Source: Acidimicrobiales bacterium
GTDB lineage: Bacteria; Actinomycetota; Acidimicrobiia; Acidimicrobiales; JACDCH01
Direction of reading: 5' to 3'
NCBI GenBank assembly: GCA_051000215.1
Contig: JBPCON010000058.1
Location: forward strand, 1,194-65,193
Length of the DNA: 64,000 bases
Shown here: positions 62,226-64,000 of the stretch, one piece after another
Position numbering within the stretch: the first letter of the stretch is position 1
How the letters are laid out: every line of letters begins with the position of its first letter
Program-made: the position numbers and the translations under genes
Notes under the pieces: model-generated
Seen by the model: only the letters and a program-made list of their open reading frames with translations
The model's database searches: none
Told to the model about the DNA's origin: nothing

Positions 62226-62747
62226 ATGATCAAGCGGATAGCAGCGGCCATGGCGCTTTCTGCGCTCGGCTTCTTGGCTATTGCCGGGCCGACGGCGGCG
62301 CAGACGGGCCCGTCAGGCCTACCCACGCCCGGCGCCTCGATCGCGGTCACCTGCACGGCGTCCACCACGAGCATCAGCTGCCAGGTCACCGGGCTCCTTC
62401 CTGGTAGCTCCTTCACGCTGACCATCGCTTCGACACCGCAGCTCTTGGCAACCGGTGTTGCCGACGCCTCTGGCGTTGGCAACACAACGACAGCCCTTCC
62501 CTGCGGGCTCGACAGCGGCACCCATACCGTCACCGCTGTCGGCACCGACTCCTTGGGAGCCCCCGGTAGCGCTTCAACCACCGTCAATCTCGGGGGCACG
62601 AGCGCCTGTGCTGGCGCCACTCCTCCGCTGGCTCGCACTGGCGCGTCGAACACGCGTGAGTACGTGGGCGCAGGCCTGGCCGCGATCGCGACAGGTGGGC
62701 TCCTGCTCGTCGGTGCCCGCAAGCGGCGCCGGGCGCTCGTCGCCTAA
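62226..62747 (+). CDS. small secreted T/S/G-rich protein with LAxTG sortase signal
   Basis: Signal peptide MIKRIAAAMALSALGFLAIAGPTAAQ. ~120-aa Ig-like-looking segment with 4 Cys. C-terminus LARTG + hydrophobic helix + RKRRR. Confidence 0.65.
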   Translation: MIKRIAAAMALSALGFLAIAGPTAAQTGPSGLPTPGASIAVTCTASTTSISCQVTGLLPGSSFTLTIASTPQLLATGVADASGVGNTTTALPCGLDSGTHTVTAVGTDSLGAPGSASTTVNLGGTSACAGATPPLARTGASNTREYVGAGLAAIATGGLLLVGARKRRRALVA

Positions 62748-62854
62748 TCGACCCTGGTCGGTCGTTCCAACACTCGGCGGTGTCTCTCGCCGCGCGGCGA
62801 CCGGTGCGCCGGGGGTGGGCCAGCCCGAGGTGAGGCCGCGCCATACTGTCCACG

Positions 62855-63193
62855 ATGACTGACGTGAGAGCGGGCGCTGGGCCCGACGGTGTACCGCAGG
62901 GCTCGTCTCACTCCGGGCCAACGATGTTCGAGCTGGTGTCTGCCAACGCTCGGGCGATCGCCGAGTTGCAGGCCGAGGTCACCGAGACGCGTCGCGCCAC
63001 CGGTGCGGTGCTCGAGGCGCTCACGACTGCGCTCAGCGACCAGCACGACCGCGTGGCGGCCCGCCTTGCTGCGCTCGAGAGCGCCCTCGCCGTGACCACG
63101 GCGAAAACGAACGACCAGACCGGCGAGCGCCTGGAACAAGTTGCCAGCCAGCTCGACGATGTCGACGCCCGCCTCCGCCTGATCATCGGCTGA
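62855..63193 (+). CDS. small coiled-coil hypothetical protein
   Basis: FELVSANARAIAELQAEVTETRR...RLAALESAL...LEQVASQLDDVDARLRLI. Heptad-like. The start could be the internal Met at 62924. Confidence 0.45.
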   Translation: MTDVRAGAGPDGVPQGSSHSGPTMFELVSANARAIAELQAEVTETRRATGAVLEALTTALSDQHDRVAARLAALESALAVTTAKTNDQTGERLEQVASQLDDVDARLRLIIG

Positions 63194-63200
63194 TCGAGCA

Positions 63201-64000
63201 GTGGCCGCCGACGACAGCTTCCAGCGGCCCCCGGAGCGTCCGACTCCGGGCAGCGGCCGCCTCGCCCAGGCAGCGCGCGCCTTCGAGCGCTCGGTGCAGT
63301 CGGGGCAGACCGATCTCTCCGGCCCCGTCGCGCCGTCGGGCGTGAACGTGTCGGGCTTGCCTCCCGAGCTCGGCGCCGACGCGCCAGCGGCCGCTGATCG
63401 CGTGTCGGTCGGGGCTGCGATCGCCGCCCGCCTCGATCAGCTCGAGTCGATCGTGCGCGAGCTCGTTCACACCTCGTCGAGAACCGCGGCGAACCCGAAG
63501 CGTGACGAGAGCACGTCGCGCCGCCTCGCCGGCCTCGAATCCGCCGTCGCCGCAGTTCTGGAACAGCTCGAGTCGGCGCAGAGCGAACCCGCGCAACCTC
63601 GGGCCGACCGGCGCGTGCAGCTGCGCCTCGGCGAGCTCGAGGCTGGGCTCACCGCCGTTGTTCGCTCGGCCGAGCGAGCGGGCTCCGCGGTCGACGAGCA
63701 GCGCGTGGCAAAGATCGAAGCTGTGGTCCGCCAGTTGGTCAACGCAACGAACTCTCCGGCCGAGCTCGCCGCCCGCGTCGATCAGCTCGAGGCTTACCTC
63801 CGCAAGCGCGCAGGTGCGCTCAGCGGTCAAGCGGCCGACCCAGCGCTCGCAGCGCGCCTCGACGAGCTCGAAGCCTTCGTCCGCCGGCGTGTGGCCGGGA
63901 CCAACGACCCCGCGACTGATCCGGGGCTGCGTGAGCGCGTCGATGAGCTCGAAGCCTTCGTTCGCCAGCTCGCGACATCAGCCGACAACCCTCTCGTCGA
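63201..64000 (+). CDS. periodic-repeat protein, N-terminal 266 codons (runs off the right edge)
   Basis: Not in the track (no stop in the window). The frame from GTG 63201 is open to the edge with GC-rich third positions. It contains at least 5 spaced copies of A-R-[LV]-D-[EQ]-L-E-[AS]-[FYI]-[VL]-R about 27 aa apart. Track ORF 63183..63830(-) is judged its antisense shadow. Confidence 0.5.
   Translation, partial: MAADDSFQRPPERPTPGSGRLAQAARAFERSVQSGQTDLSGPVAPSGVNVSGLPPELGADAPAAADRVSVGAAIAARLDQLESIVRELVHTSSRTAANPKRDESTSRRLAGLESAVAAVLEQLESAQSEPAQPRADRRVQLRLGELEAGLTAVVRSAERAGSAVDEQRVAKIEAVVRQLVNATNSPAELAARVDQLEAYLRKRAGALSGQAADPALAARLDELEAFVRRRVAGTNDPATDPGLRERVDELEAFVRQLATSADNPLV

Noticed and set aside
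63183-63830. 215-aa minus-strand ORF as the real gene at the right edge
   Set aside because: Its translation is irregular and Arg/Gly-rich. The plus-strand frame shows a regular, conserved 27-residue motif periodicity and GC-rich third positions. The choice remains unproven without expression data.

Overview
Very GC-rich, gene-dense chromosomal segment of actinobacterial type. Nearly all long antisense and off-frame ORFs in the track are GC shadows. The backbone is the housekeeping run mfd - two lipoprotein chaperone-like genes - mazG - eno - ftsB-like ... DUF501 - ppx on the minus strand, the order known from Mycobacterium. That run is interrupted by a ~13 kb block of xanthine-dehydrogenase / form-II CoxL-type molybdoenzyme genes (coxL-like, S, M, D, E, G, XdhC x2, MocA) with an ABC-2 exporter embedded in it. 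The left third holds ordinary metabolic genes: ABC-F, acyl-CoA ligase, LLM oxidoreductases, SDRs, P450, a DUF1501/DUF1800 pair, two tandem alpha/beta hydrolases, a RipA-like NlpC/P60 hydrolase. It also has a truncated IS5/IS1182 transposase. The right third (about 49.4-62.1 kb) is a patchy, locally AT-richer Wzx/Wzy-type glycan cluster unusually rich in methyltransferases and carrying gene remnants. It is followed by a sortase-anchored small protein and a periodic-repeat protein that runs off the window. I found no recognisable defence, CRISPR, toxin-antitoxin or prophage system. The items most worth a second look: (1) eno has one in-frame TAG at its domain junction; (2) the upstream mazG ORF has no stop, reads through a palindromic element and continues in frame into eno; (3) a ~320 bp diverged direct duplication of the mfd 5' end plus intergenic region brackets a single methyltransferase gene; (4) a 65-66 nt hairpin-containing repeat flanks a tiny Ser-rich secreted ORF; (5) a well-folded 74-nt tRNA has anticodon UAA but no long variable arm; (6) a 43-nt palindromic element occurs twice. 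All family calls come from motif recognition by eye; no database search was run.
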